Positions 51,269-64,000 of a stretch of DNA of 64,000 bases are shown here, piece by piece (the stretch's first letter is position 1; each line of letters starts with the position of its first letter). The DNA comes from Vicugna vicugna. Taxonomy: Eukaryota. Under the pieces are notes generated by a model. It did no database searches and had not been told where the DNA came from. It saw only the letters and a list, made by a program, of their open reading frames with translations. The stretch is taken from NCBI GenBank assembly GCA_013265495.1, contig MU058387.1, forward strand, positions 1,116,001 to 1,180,000, read 5' to 3'. The position numbers and the translations under genes are program-made.

Positions 51269-54200
51269 TTTTTAAAAAGTGCATTTGGCCACAAGTTAGT
51301 CGGAAACCCAAATGCCATTCTAAGAACCAGAGAGGAGGGAAATGAGGGGGGTCTAACTGAGCTGGAGAATAAGCACAGCTTTGGAGGTCAGTTTCTTGGA
51401 AAGGATAACCAGGGAACAGTTGCAAACACAAGGTGCACTATATTCTGTGCTCCAGGATGAACGGGACCATGTCAGGGACATGATGGCAGGAGCCGTTACG
51501 CGGTAGTGTTTTTTGTTGTCAGGTGAATGGAAACTTCCTGTTTCTAAAGATCTCTTTCTGTGTTGATTCATGGATTGTTGTATGATGACAATAAAGGGTC
51601 TAGTCTCAGTCCTTGGGGATTTCTGATATTTAGAGGTAAAGGAAAGGAAAATAGTAAAACAAAGGAGATTGAGAAAGGGTAGCTCATGAAGTAAGAGGAA
51701 AAAAACACAAAATGTGGAGCTTTGAAAACCATGAGGGAAAAAAGTACATATTTCTATGTACTGTCGATACTGTTGACAGATCAACTAAAACTGGAGCAGA
51801 GCTGGAGCTCATTCCTGGCATGCCGTATCCTAAATGTGAGACAAGATCAATTCTAAATCACCCCTGCTGGGGAAGATAAGATTATACAGTCTATTGCTAG
51901 TCTTGGTTATGACTGGCTCAGTGGTTAAATGGACCTTGCAGGTAAAATCTCAGAAGTTGGAAAGGGCTGGGACAGGGGAAGGCTGAGAGGTAGAGCCATT
52001 TATACTATGCCCCAAACCCCTGGCATAGTATATTACTGGCAAAGCAGGTGCCTGATAAATATTTGTTGATTGATTGCCACATCAATCGAATCAAGGAATT
52101 TGCATATGATAATAGGGTTGAATATTTCATATGACTCATCTGCAAGAACGAAGGGTAAAAGATATGATTAAAGTCTATGAGATTTTGAAGGATCTGAGTT
52201 GACTGAATGCAAATGTTCTCATTAAACGCGTGATTATCAGTGTGTTGAGGATCTCTTTAAACTTGAAGGAGACAATTGAGAATAAATTAAAGTTAAAAGA
52301 CTAATGATAAATGGTTAATACATTTTTGGATCTCAAGGTTCAGGATGGGGTGGGCAGATAAGTAGGCTGGAGAAGAGTTAAGAAAAGTTGATAAATGATA
52401 AATCTAGACTGGAAATTTAATATAATTTAAGTCCATAAACATTTGCGGACAATCCTATTCCCATAAGGCTGACATTATGGACTAAAACAACATGCTCCTA
52501 CAAGAGAGAATTTTCATTTCCCCCACTGAGAAGTTAATGATGATCTGAATGGACAGAGGTTCTGTCATCCCTTCACACATTTTCAATGAAGGACAACTAT
52601 GTAGAATGAGAATACACTTACTCAAGGACCGTGTAACAAAGAATGTTTCTCCTCTGTTTGGGAAGATTTTCTTTAGAATCAAGGACACAGCTTTGGTGTA
52701 TTCTTGGCATCCTAATCACCTGAAACAAACTTGGAAATGATTGAGTAAGGGACATTGCAGCCAAATAGCTTTTGCCCACAAATGGAAGAGTATAGATTTT
52801 CCTTATGGTTGAATGGTTTGAATTCCATGGGTAAAAGCATCCTTGATTAAGAGAAGAAGGAGATTTTTTTCTATTGAATATCCTAAATTTGTGTACAACT
52901 TACACTATCAAAATGCACCCCCCCATGAAATTTAGATTGTTTTGTACTAAAAATACCTAACCTGGTCATAGTATTTTACTGAATTGGTGGTTTTCTTTAT
53001 ATAAAAATGATTCAGGTACATACTAAAGAGTTTTTTCAGTCAAGGGCATTAAGTAGTGTTTTGTATTTTTGCTTAGTATTTTATTTGATTAAAAATAAAT
53101 TCTATATTTTTACCTCCTAGATTACAAAAGAATAGTAGAAGTCAGGTTGCAAACAACTTCAGTAGTGATTTATGTATACCGTTTATAGAGATAATTTAGC
53201 ACATGTGACTGTTTTGGTGGTTTTTAATATAAAACTTAAAAACAGTTCAATAGTTACAAGCCATGTCTATATTAACTAATACTATTGATAAATGCACTTT
53301 ATGTCAAAATTGCTTCATTCAAATCTACTTTTGGAGTCCAAGTACTTTTATAAAAAAAATTATTAGAATGCAAAAGCTTGTTAACTTATAATTCTAAAAA
53401 TTGTTTCTAGAATTGTCATTCTGAGATAATACCTGTGAATAACGTCTATTCTCTAAAAAACTATCTACAGGAATAGATTCTTGCAAAGAGGGTTAATTGT
53501 TAGTATTTTACTTGACCTGACAGGATGGCCAATGTTTTCCACTTTCCAGTGTCAATGTGCCAGCACCCCCTGGTGGGCATTGTTCAAACTAAAATTTAAT
53601 TCTATTGATGTAAGAAAGGTTAAAGTTGTTCATTCTTATTAGGTTTTTTGTGTTTGCATTCCTTTGCACAATGCAGATAGCTTTATATCCCTGACTGAAT
53701 ATTGTCAAAACAACATTATGTAGCTACAAATACCTTAGTTAGAATGCAGTTCAGCTACCATTGCCTGAAACATTTGTGTACTTTAAAAGTTTACATACGC
53801 ATTTTTGTATTTATGTATGTGTGTGTTTATGTGTATGAAGTAATATGAGCTGTTCATCATTTATATTTGTTTGGCAAACTTTTTTTTATTTAGGTTGGTG
53901 CTATACATACTTGCAATTATGAATAGGATTTTTACTTCTAACTGGGGAAATTGTGGTATAGAAAAAAAAAAACCATGGATTTCTAAATGAGACTAATTTT
54001 ATTTGATCTCAAATTGTCCCAATAATTGGCACGCTGATCCAGAGCAAGTTAATTACCCTTTGAGAACATAATGTTCTTCATCTATAAAACAAGGGTAAAA
54101 ATATGCACCGATATGACAAAGTTGGAAATGGGAAGGCCTCTCCCCAAATTTTTTATGCAAGTTTTTCCTGGAGTCCTGTGGCATCTGTGCTTAATAACAC

Positions 54201-55196
54201 GCATCTTTAAAATGCATAAACATGTATCCATTTTTATTATTAAACATCAATAATGATGAAGAAAAACCTAAGGAATTCTAAGATCAAAATGCATTATAGA
54301 TCGCACTTTTGAATATTTCTTTTGATAGGACTAAATTATACAATTTTTCTGTATTATTCAAGACTAGTGACAAAAGTTAGTTATTTAGAAATGTATGATA
54401 AATGCTTATGAATTAATTGATAGAATGTGCAGGAGCACTAGTCAAATCAACTGCTAGAGAGCTTATTAGTAAAATGACATTCAGCTTGGCAGGGTTTATG
54501 TAAATGCTTTTCTGTGAAATTATTTGTAGATGTGAAAGAAGATCACTCTAAAATTAATTCTAAGACATTTGACTGTCTCTATGTTGTCTGAATTCTGTCA
54601 ACGTTCTGTCAATGTTGTCTGAATTAAGAGGTGGTTTTAAAGGGTGAAATATAATGCTATTACGGAAAATGAATAAAAATTTAGGAATATTGGTCAAGTT
54701 TCCCGATAGCAAGGTTTTGAGAAGGATTGCCAAATGCTTGAAAAAGTTAAAATAGAAGGATTGTGAGGCTCAAAATACTCAGAGTACAAAGGGGAACAGG
54801 AAGACATGTAAAGTAGACTCCATCTTCTGCAGTTTTGCCCTGTGATATCTGGAAGCTATCTGGCACCGCTGTTTTGGTGAGTGCACGTTAGAATTTCTTG
54901 GTTTCATGCTTTAGAAACAATCTGGTTTACGGTTCATTGAACAAAGTAGATCTTCTCTGACCACAATGGTCTGTGGCAAAGCCTATCAACCAGTGGATTC
55001 CAGTGTTCATTTCCATAGGCTACGCCCTTAATTTACCGTATGTTACATGGTATATTTACATATCTTTTAATGCTTCCATATTCTTGCAACTGCTAGATGG
55101 GAACTTCCTCTGGGCATCAACATACTTTTCTGTTTTTAATGCCACATGTTATAGATAACCAGGTCAGATTTTCCAATAAAACTGCAATTGTTGTAA

Positions 55197-55350
55197 GACA
55201 GAGTTTCCCAAACATCTGTGGCCATAAGAACCTACTAGAATGGTGTGAAAATAGAGATCACATGAATTTACTCTGGAGAACTGAATCATAATTTTCTTTT
55301 GTAAGTGCTTGGAAATGTGTATTTACAAGACACAGCCAAATTTATTCTTC
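55197..55350. mobile_element. MER5-like hAT-Charlie MITE relic
   Basis: cagagtttcccaaac... TIR-like start and actgaatca...gcttggaaatgtgtattt. Confidence 0.45.
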
Positions 55351-55795
55351 TGGCTATTTAAACTTTAGGTTTATTAAATTGGTTTGATTCAGAACAAATT
55401 TGCATAGAGAGAATGTGATCAGAGAAAGCTCAGTTTAAACTTTAAAAAAACACTAGACGTTATTAAACAAATAGTAAAATTGTAGTGCATTTCTCTCTCT
55501 CTTTTTTTTTATCTTTTAAGTATCATTGTTTATCCTTTAGAGTAAGCTAATGGGGAGACTTTTTTTTTTTCCAAATTGCTGTACATTTTAAATAGGAAGC
55601 AACCAACAGATAAGTTAATAATTCACCTTTCTTTCTTCTATTTTCTCATTTTATTTTTGGCTGAGATAACACTCCTGCCAGCGTGAGAAATCACTAAGAT
55701 GTCAACATTTTTAAATTTGTTAAATTTAGGTAAGTAGATATCCTGATTCCATAAAAAAATAAAATAGAAGGACCTAAGGCTCATTAGTTAGACAC

Positions 55796-56376
55796 TGTAT
55801 TAGTTTTCTTTTGTTATGTCACAAGTTACTACAAATTTTGTGGCTTAAAATGACAAAATTTTATTATCTCATAGATTCTGTGGGTCAGAAGTTGGGCAGA
55901 TTTTAACCAAGTTCTCCACTCAGGGTCCCAAAAAGCTGAAACCAAGGTGCCAGCCATTTAAGTTATCCTCTGATGTCCTGACTGGGGAAAGGTATGTTTT
56001 CAAGCTCCCTTAGAAGGTTGGCAGAATTCACCTCCTTGTGGAGGGACTAAGATCCCGTTGCCTTGCTGGCTGTCAGCTAGGGCCACTCTCAGCTCCTAGA
56101 GGCCACTTGGAGACTGCCAGCAACAGTTAATACCCTTCATGTCAGATCCTTCTTACACGTCAAATCTCTCTGACTCCCTTTAGCTGCCAGTCAAAGAAAA
56201 CTGCTTTTAAATGGCTCACGTGGTTAGAACAACCCCATCCAAATAATCTCCACGTTTTACAGTTCATATATTTGGGACTTTAATTATATCTGCAAAATTT
56301 CTTGACAGCAGTGCCTACAGTGGTGTTTGATGGAGAGTGGAAATCTTGGGATGCCATCTTAGATTTGCCTACCACA
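55796..56376 (-). mobile_element. MaLR LTR (MLT1E-like)
   Basis: tgtattagttttct...ttctgtgggtcagaag...ttggcagaattca...ccatcttagatttgcctaccaca. Confidence 0.8.
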
Positions 56377-56878
56377 GCAGCTAATGCACTGAAGCGTTTT
56401 TCCCACATGAAAATGATTTAAAAATATGTCGTGAAGTCTGGCCCTAGACTCCTATTTTATTTCCACAGTTTGTATTAGAGTCAAAATGAAAGAAACAATA
56501 ATTCTAACAGAGAGTCAAGGACCACTGTATGATGTTGGATGAGGAAATGTTTCTATACAGAGGTTCATAACCTTTTCTGGTCAAGAATCCCTTTGAGAAT
56601 ATGATGGAAGGTTGGAACTTATACCCCACTTCCCCAAATATATACATAAATTTCAGGGTTTTCTTGAATCCCAAATTGTTTCTAATCTAAGTGAAGGGAA
56701 ACAAAAATGAAATTAATCAGTGTCTGTGTATACCTCTGGTAAAGTATCATCAGAGAAGTGGGGAAAAAGAGTAATTGGAAAAAATTAGAAACAGAGAAGG
56801 AGTTAGAAGAAAAAAATTAAAATGAGAAGAAAGTCTAAAAGACAGAGGTATAGAGAAGGTGTTTAGGAGTGGTTTCAC

Positions 56879-57059
56879 GGGGAGGGTGTAGCTCAGTAGT
56901 AAGTGTGCTTAACATTCATAAGGTCCTGGGTTCAATCCCCAGTACCTCCATTAAAAAATAACAAAATATAAAAATGAATAAAGAAATAAACCTAATTATT
57001 CCCTCACACAAAAAAAGAAAAATAATTTTTTTTTTAAATTTAAAGATTATGAAAAAAAA
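56879..57059 (+). mobile_element. tRNA-derived camelid SINE (Vic-1-like), long-tail form
   Basis: GGGGAGGGTGTAGCTCAGT...GGTTCAATCCCCAGTACCTCC with an aaacctaatta tail motif. TSD GGAGTG(G/A)TTT (56866-56875, 57060-57069). Confidence 0.85.
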
Positions 57060-57369
57060 GGAGTGATTTTAAGCACCAATTTACAATCCAGTATGAGAAG
57101 TTGCATTTCAGCACTTCAGTACATGATAGGATTCAAAGAAAAGTTATTTTAAAGTGTGTAGTTTTGTAGTTTGAAAGATGTTGCTGACATATTACTTCAT
57201 TTCTTAATGCATGATATAAGGAGATATTTTGTAATTGTAGACATTTTAAAGGCTAGGTTGTGAGTTCATTTTCTGTGTATTAAACAACTCTTTAAAAAGA
57301 CATCATTAGAGCATAAACCACCATGTGCGTAATGCTATTTGAAGGTCATTAAAATGGCTTCCCGAGAGG

Positions 57370-57600
57370 AATCATGGTGGTGTAGTGGAAAGACACACAT
57401 TTTCAAAGGATACACAGTGTGAGTTCAGACACCCCCATTATCACTTCCCCAGTGCACGACTTTCAACAATTCAAGTCAGCTTTCTCTGCCTCATTTCCCT
57501 TACCCCAAAACATGAAATCTAGTTTTGGAAACTTCTGTGATGCTTGAACGATTAAATGTCTAGTATGATGTTGGCCTTACTGTGGGTGCTTTACACATGT
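57370..57600 (+). mobile_element. MIR SINE
   Basis: atggtggtgtagtggaaaga...ttctctgcctcatttccct. Confidence 0.55.
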
Positions 57601-58195
57601 GTATTCCCTTTTCTTTTCCCAAGAGCCTAAGTACTAGTCCTGGAATTTTATGATTTCTACATCTTTGAGTTTGATCTCCAAAGGTTACCCATTTTAAGGT
57701 CTCTAAGATGTGTTCCACTAATACATTAATAAAATTCATACCTTGTTTGAAGAAAGTCTCTTTTAATTTCTTTAAGACTTGGGAAGAAGTAGAAAACTTT
57801 ATATGTAGGATTAGATAAGAAAGAAGGTAGAAGCTGTGACAAAGAGTTTAGGCTGGAGTAACTTGTGGAAATTCTGGCAAATGGATACATAAGTCAGAAT
57901 AAAGGACACCCTTAGTGTCAGCACATGATACTGACTTTAGAGCTGAGCTCAGGGCCTTACTTACCTGCTTCGGTCTCAGTGCAATTATGTGTATGATTTA
58001 GTCACTTTTTTTTTTTTCAACTATAATTTGTATACTTCTTTTAACAATTCCAAATGCATTTATTTTAATTATTCCCTTTACTAAAAAAATAAACAGGCAA
58101 AAAGAGATGAATCTCTAACTTCGTAGTTTAGAAAATGTTGATCAACTAATGTTAACATAGAATTAAATTTACTAAAGACACCGATTCTAGTAAAA

Positions 58196-58198
58196 TAT

Positions 58199-58229
<31 letters not shown>

Positions 58230-59005
58230 TTTGTTAGTTACTTACTTACTTACTTACTTATTTATTATTGAGTCAGTTACAATTTGTCAGTTTCTGGTGC
58301 ACAGCATAATGTCCCAGTCATGCATATATATACATATATTTGTTTTCATATTATTTTTCATTAAAGGTTATTATAAGATATTGAGTGCTGTTTCCTGTGC
58401 TGTACAGAATAAATTTGTTTTGATCTAGTTTTATATATAATGGTTAACATTTGCAAATCTCAAACGACCAAATTTATCCTTCCCACCCCCTTTCCCCCAG
58501 TAACCATACGATTGTTTACTATGTCTGCAAGTCTGTTTCTATTTTGTAGATGAGTTCATTAGTGCCCTCTTTTTTCTTTCTTTCTTTTTTTTTTTATTTT
58601 TCAGATTCCTCATATGAGGGATATCATATGCTATTTTTCTTTCTCTTTCTGGCTTACTTCACATAGAATGGTGATCTCCAAGTCCATCCATGCTGCTGCA
58701 AATGGCATTTTTTTAATCCTTTTTTTATGGCTGAGTATTATTTTGTTGTATAAATATACCACAGATTTTTTTATCCAGACATCTGTAGATGGAAATTTAG
58801 GTTGCTTCCTTGTCTTGGCTATTGTACATAGTGTTGCTATAAACATTAAGGTGTTTGTATCTTTCTGAGTTAGAATTCCCTCTGGATATATGCTCAAGAG
58901 TGGGATTGCTGGATCATATGGTAAGTTTATTTTTAGTTTTTTGAGGAATCTCTATACTTTTTTCCATAATGGCTGCATCAAACTACATTCCCACCAGCAA
59001 TGTAG
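58196..59005 (-). mobile_element. Young 5'-truncated L1 3' end with microsatellite tail
   Basis: ORF 58631-58897(-) is the L1 ORF2 C-terminus (TLMFIATLCTIAKTRKQPKFPSTDVWIKK...MPFAAAWMDLE). (TTTA)n/(TTAC)n tail. Confidence 0.9.
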
Positions 59006-60649
59006 AACATTTATTTTAATCTAGCTTTCTTAGAACATTTCCTTTGGCAATAAAAAATAATTCCCTAAAACAAAACCAAACAAAACACTGGCTTACAAAG
59101 ACGATTAGAATCAATTTGCCAATTCCTAATGACTTGAAACAGATGCTATAGCCAGCTAAATTTGTACTCAATTCTTTTTTTTTTTTTTTGGAGGAAGAAA
59201 ACAAAAATTGAATTTAGCTTGACCAATGAGAGACTAGTTATTGAGCGAGAAAAATGAATCTTCCTTTGTTGGCAAACCAGTTTTTGTGTCCATTTGGAGA
59301 ATATCATTCTTTTTGTTTCCAACCTTACCATTTAATGTATAGCTGTAGCTGTAATTTATCACATCCTCATGATCAAAAGGAAAATAACTGGGCCAGACCT
59401 AAAAGATAGCTTATTCATCTGACAAAAATCACAGGATCTGGTTCTCTGTGTGGAAAACACTTGGGTTCTAAGTGCTGAATTTTTTCATTATGATCCAACA
59501 AAATAAAATAAAATATCATGTGGAATGAAAGCAGGGGAATGTGCTGGAGAAATAGATCAAATATCCTCAGTGGATAGCTAGCGGCTGCCACCTCCATGGC
59601 CTTTGGAGGAAGATTTGATCTCTTTCTCCCAAGATGCAAAATGGCAGGTCCAGGATGTGTGTTAACATATGTAAGTGACTATCTTCATTGTTCTGTGGCA
59701 AATGCATGCCTGTTTTGTGGAAAGTCAAAAATTAAATACAGATATCAGAAAGATGGAACTGAGAGGGATTTGTTGGGTGTTTGCACTGAGATATTAAAGA
59801 GCTCCCATTAAGTTACATGTTGCAATAATCAAAACAGTGCTTTGAGTTGGTTTCAAAACTTAAGCAGATCCAGAGAAACTAGAGAGGGAATTAAGAACTA
59901 ATTACACTGAAGTACTGAAGATCTGTTTCTCATGGGTTGGTAGCTTCACGTTACTGTTTCTTTTAGACAGTGAAGGCAAATATAAGAAGGAAATATCAAA
60001 GGATTTTTTTTCCCCAGGGCTCTGAATCATTCGTCAATGTGAAGCACTTTTGTTTAATTGAGTTGACTTATCTTTATTTTAGTAATAGACATTGCACCCA
60101 CCATGAAGTTTCCTGCTTTTCTTAACAACAGCAAAATATACCAAAAGACATTTATTTGTTTTTAAAAAATCAGTTTGGAATTTCAAGGAGCTGGATTTCA
60201 AAACAGTACCTCCCAACTCTGAATGGAAGAAGAAATTCATATGTGATCAGTAGAATCTAATCAAATCCAGTCAGCATTATTTTATTCTTTTATTTTCTTC
60301 TTCCCAAAGACTGACACTGATATTCAGTGAAATCAACCATGTAGTGACCCCATGGTCCATAATGAAGCGACGTTTCTGTCAGCTTCCTTGTGGTTCTTGG
60401 TCATTTTGGAGGCCCTTCTTGCTCTCCCACACTGGAAAGGGGGCGAGCGTGAACGACAGTGGGCTGACCTCTGTGTGGTGTGCAATATGACCACTAACTG
60501 CGTGATTCTGGTTCATGCGCTCTGTGACACTATGGGATTTCTTCCATCCTGTAGACCTTTACTCTTCCTCTGAAAGACTGATCCTACTTTGTCCCATAGG
60601 AGATCAGGGCGGAAGGATATTTTCTAGAACTAGTTGTACTTATGGCAAC

Positions 60650-61088
60650 CATGAGAATGTACCCAGCAGGCTTCCAAGTAGAGAGGATGCAGTGGAACAA
60701 GGGTTCCAATTGTTTGCTGCATTAGGCAGAAACTCATCACTGCATTGAACAAAGCCTACATTTCCCAGGGGCTGCTGTCCAAACTAGTGACTGAGAGTGG
60801 CAGGCATACAAGCTTATTCCTGGGAGGCACAGGACACCTCAGATGGCTCACTTTGTCTCAAGAACTCTTTGATGGTCTTGACGAACCTTCCTTAGTTTTC
60901 CAGTTGTCCAGAACCTTTACAACGTCTCTTCTTCCCCATCTCCTTCACTTGGGGTTAGACCTACATTGCAGTGTGACAGCTGTCCTCGTGTTCTTCTCCA
61001 TTTTCTTTCCCAACGAATTTCCCCTAACAAAATTGTTGCCTGTTTAACCTGATTTTGAACTCTTTCTCAGAGGACCTGGACTATCACA
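60650..61088 (+). mobile_element. Old ERVL LTR (LTR16/LTR33 group)
   Basis: 3' end tctttctcagaggacctggactatcaCA is typical of this group. The 5' boundary is approximate. Confidence 0.5.
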
Positions 61089-64000
61089 ATCTTTTTTTTT
61101 AATTACATAATAATATGATTTCTAAGTCTGGGAGAAAAATACTAGGAATATTTTAAGGAATTTTTAAATTATTGCAGAATATTTACAGAATTATATAACT
61201 GTAAAAACAAAAATGGGTATAATGATGAGAATAAGATTGAGAAAGTTCAATCTTATCTTATTGTTCCAGGTCCCTACTGTGATAGTAGACTTTAAATGAT
61301 AAGAGTATTTCTTCTCCTACTTACTGGATTTTGTCGTCAGATCTTTGTGGCTATCTAAACATACTTTTTGTTATATTTAAAGAAGTATTGAATTTAAAGT
61401 TTATATCTGAGTTTATGGGGAGGACATAGATGAGTTGAGCTCTATTATATATTCAGTTTATTCCAACGGTGTTATGTGATGTCATTTTTCTTTTTGCTTA
61501 TCTCCAGCTCAGCAGCCAACCTTCACCAAACTAAAGGCAACAAAACCAGCTAACATAAAAGATAAAGGCAGCCCCATTTAATAAGCTTTATTGGCATCTC
61601 TCTCTTCTTCACACAGAAAAAAAAAAGTTCAATAATACTTTTTAGAATTATGTGGGAAATATATGTTCTCCTGCTGAACACTGTGTACCATGGTGAACAA
61701 AAGGAGAAAACAATTTCAAACTTATTTTAAAAATAGAATTCCTTTTACAAATAAAATGTGTAATTATAATTTTCAATAATTATTCATAAACAAATCATTT
61801 CTATTCTACTTTTTAAATGGACAGTTTTGTAGTTCAAGTTAAGTATGTGGTGGATAGACACACAGAGACATATAATTTTAATATATGTATATGTTACTTT
61901 GTGTATAATTTTAACTCTGCTGTGCTTAAATTACACATATTTAAATATGTTTAAAATTAAGTTTGAATCAAATTTTAGTGGAATTGTGAAGTCAATACAT
62001 TGGAACTAGAAGATCATATTTTGAAAAATATCACTGAGCTATTCATATATATATATTTGATATACACATAACTAATTTATATATAACATATTTATGAGAT
62101 CTCTGATTACTTATTTTCTCTTAGAGAAATGTGCTCCAAGAGTATGTTTCCAGAGAGAAAAAAATTTGCCTAAAAATCAACAAAAATGGGAAATGGGATG
62201 AGGCCCAGTGATTCAAATGGATTTTTTTTTCTTTAGATTAAATTGACACAGAATATTTATTATATGCATGTAGCAAACCAAACTTTGGTAGATCTTTCTT
62301 TCTGTCACTGAATTAACTTGATTTCATAGAATTATGAAAACCGTTTTCAAGTCTATGTTAGTGCTTTGCAAAGTTGCACTCTTTTTTTCTGGCTGGGTCA
62401 CTTCACTTAGAAAAGAAAGATCTCAGAGTGTAACCTTGACATCCCCAGGTGCATATTTCTCTAATTGGGAAATTTTTCTTCCATGTTTAGTATTTATTGA
62501 AATACAGGATTTGACATCTAGCATACACACACACATGCACACACATGTATGTTTCAAGATTATGCTACTGGCAGTGTTTTTGATCAACGTGTGAATGTGA
62601 TTGGGAAAATATATGCACCATTAACCATAATTCCCACACTGAATGTATAATGTTTGTGGTTAGGAGCTTTTGAAAAACCTGTTGTAATTTGCTCTTGTCT
62701 TTGTCTGTTGTGAAATCTTTACTCAGAAAGACCTAATGTATATTGGGGTCAAGGTTACCTCTTACAGGGAATTCTGATCTGTTACAACATAAGATATGCC
62801 AGCTGCAGGAAATACAGAAAGAGAGCTGGGAGGTTTCTTCCATTCTTGTTGATCTTAATCCATCATTTAAACAACAGTAGGATTTATTGGTAGAATTGGC
62901 AGAATCATACAAAACAATTTTGCTAACGTATAGCATGGGTAGATAGAAATTTCCATTGATTGGAAAGGCAAAAACAACATGCACTCACATTTGGTGGAAT
63001 GAAAAATGGCTAAACTCATAATTCTTTAGTGGTTAAACCATGCATCCAGTGAATGCACAATAAAAGTTAGATGCAGTGTTGATGCTGTTACGTGGATTAC
63101 ATGTTCGACTCTTCTAAACTTTGGTCAGTAGGGAGTCAGACACTAAAAGCCCTGCTATTTACTGGTGCTTTACGGCGGTGACTCCATGCTGCCTCCACCT
63201 TCTAAGTCCTCGCAAATGTACTGTGAAGATTTACACTCATAACAAGTATGGAATCCTGGAGGGAGGGCTGTAGCTGTGAAATTTACTTTTTACACCCTCA
63301 GCATATCTTTGGCAAGGAAATAAGCTACATTGAATTTCCCCCCAACCCCTCTTCACCTTTGAGAAAAATAATGTCCTTAATTCTACCACAGCACAAAAAA
63401 ACCTAGGACAAGTCCAAGAATCTGCCAAGAGGGGAAAACTACCAGGTGTTTAAATGGCAAACGTCCACGGGATACAGTTGAATGAGTAAAGATGAATGGG
63501 GATGAAACATTTAGTTTGAAATGAATTCAAGTGAAAATTAAGCCTGACTATGACCAAAATATAATTTAATCTGTTCATTTTGCTCTAGTTAACCCCTACA
63601 TATAAAAATATGCACTGAGAAAACAGGAACTTGGTATCATATATATTGTAAAAACATATGGTAAATTTCCAAAGAGAAGTGTCAACCTCAAAACCAAGCA
63701 AACATAGTGCTCCCACTGGACACAAATTAAACCTGGGAAGCCTGTTAAGTGCATAGCCAGAAAAAATACGACATATATTTTAGGAAATGGGAAAGATAAA
63801 CCAATAGAGAAAGATAAAACATAAAGTCACCAAATGTCACAAGACATTTTTACCAATGTGGACCCCTTTCCTTCACAGACAGACCATCATACTTGTAACG
63901 GAAAACTACAAACTAAGGATAAAAAACTACAAACTAGCATCAAAAAATACTCTGTGGTTTTTGTTTCTTTGACTTTCTTACTTTTGTTAGGAAACAAACC

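Noticed and set aside
51353..51784. Longest ORF in the window (143 aa, minus)
   Set aside because: Phe/Leu-rich antisense reading of purine-rich, probably L2-derived DNA, with no homology or splice context.
58631..58897. 88-aa ORF as a host gene
   Set aside because: It is the L1 ORF2 C-terminus of a truncated, inactive copy.

Overview
AT-rich, repeat-dense mammalian genomic DNA. It is most likely camelid (Vicugna/Camelus), inferred from the tRNA-derived SINEs and the young L1 3' ends. No prokaryotic features, CRISPR arrays, rRNA or true tRNA genes are supported. The only well-supported protein-coding signal is the last two exons of a + strand spliced gene. These are 3075-3206 and 12717-12777, phase-compatible and encoding ...YEADIFMTHFADRVRYILKNKSYFLRENLQHCDEVRRDFLMITWKRKFRSRCNFLISLMPKKC*. 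A ~2.4 kb 3'UTR follows, with an AU-rich element and tandem AATAAA near 15165-15175. I could not name the gene. The rest is intron and ~49 kb of downstream intergenic DNA. It contains nested L1/HAL1, L2, CR1, MIR, MaLR/ERVL LTRs, DNA-transposon relics, several solo ERV LTRs (some with intact TSDs) and two lineage SINEs. The most notable items are two antisense-oriented solo LTRs (ERV2-like in the last intron, MER41-like just past the poly(A) site), an intronic TEAD-motif cluster and several non-coding exon candidates. Two ORF-like stretches have only weak, unproven protein resemblances. Repeat family names come from recalled consensus features and need RepeatMasker/Dfam confirmation. I found no convincing novel biological system.
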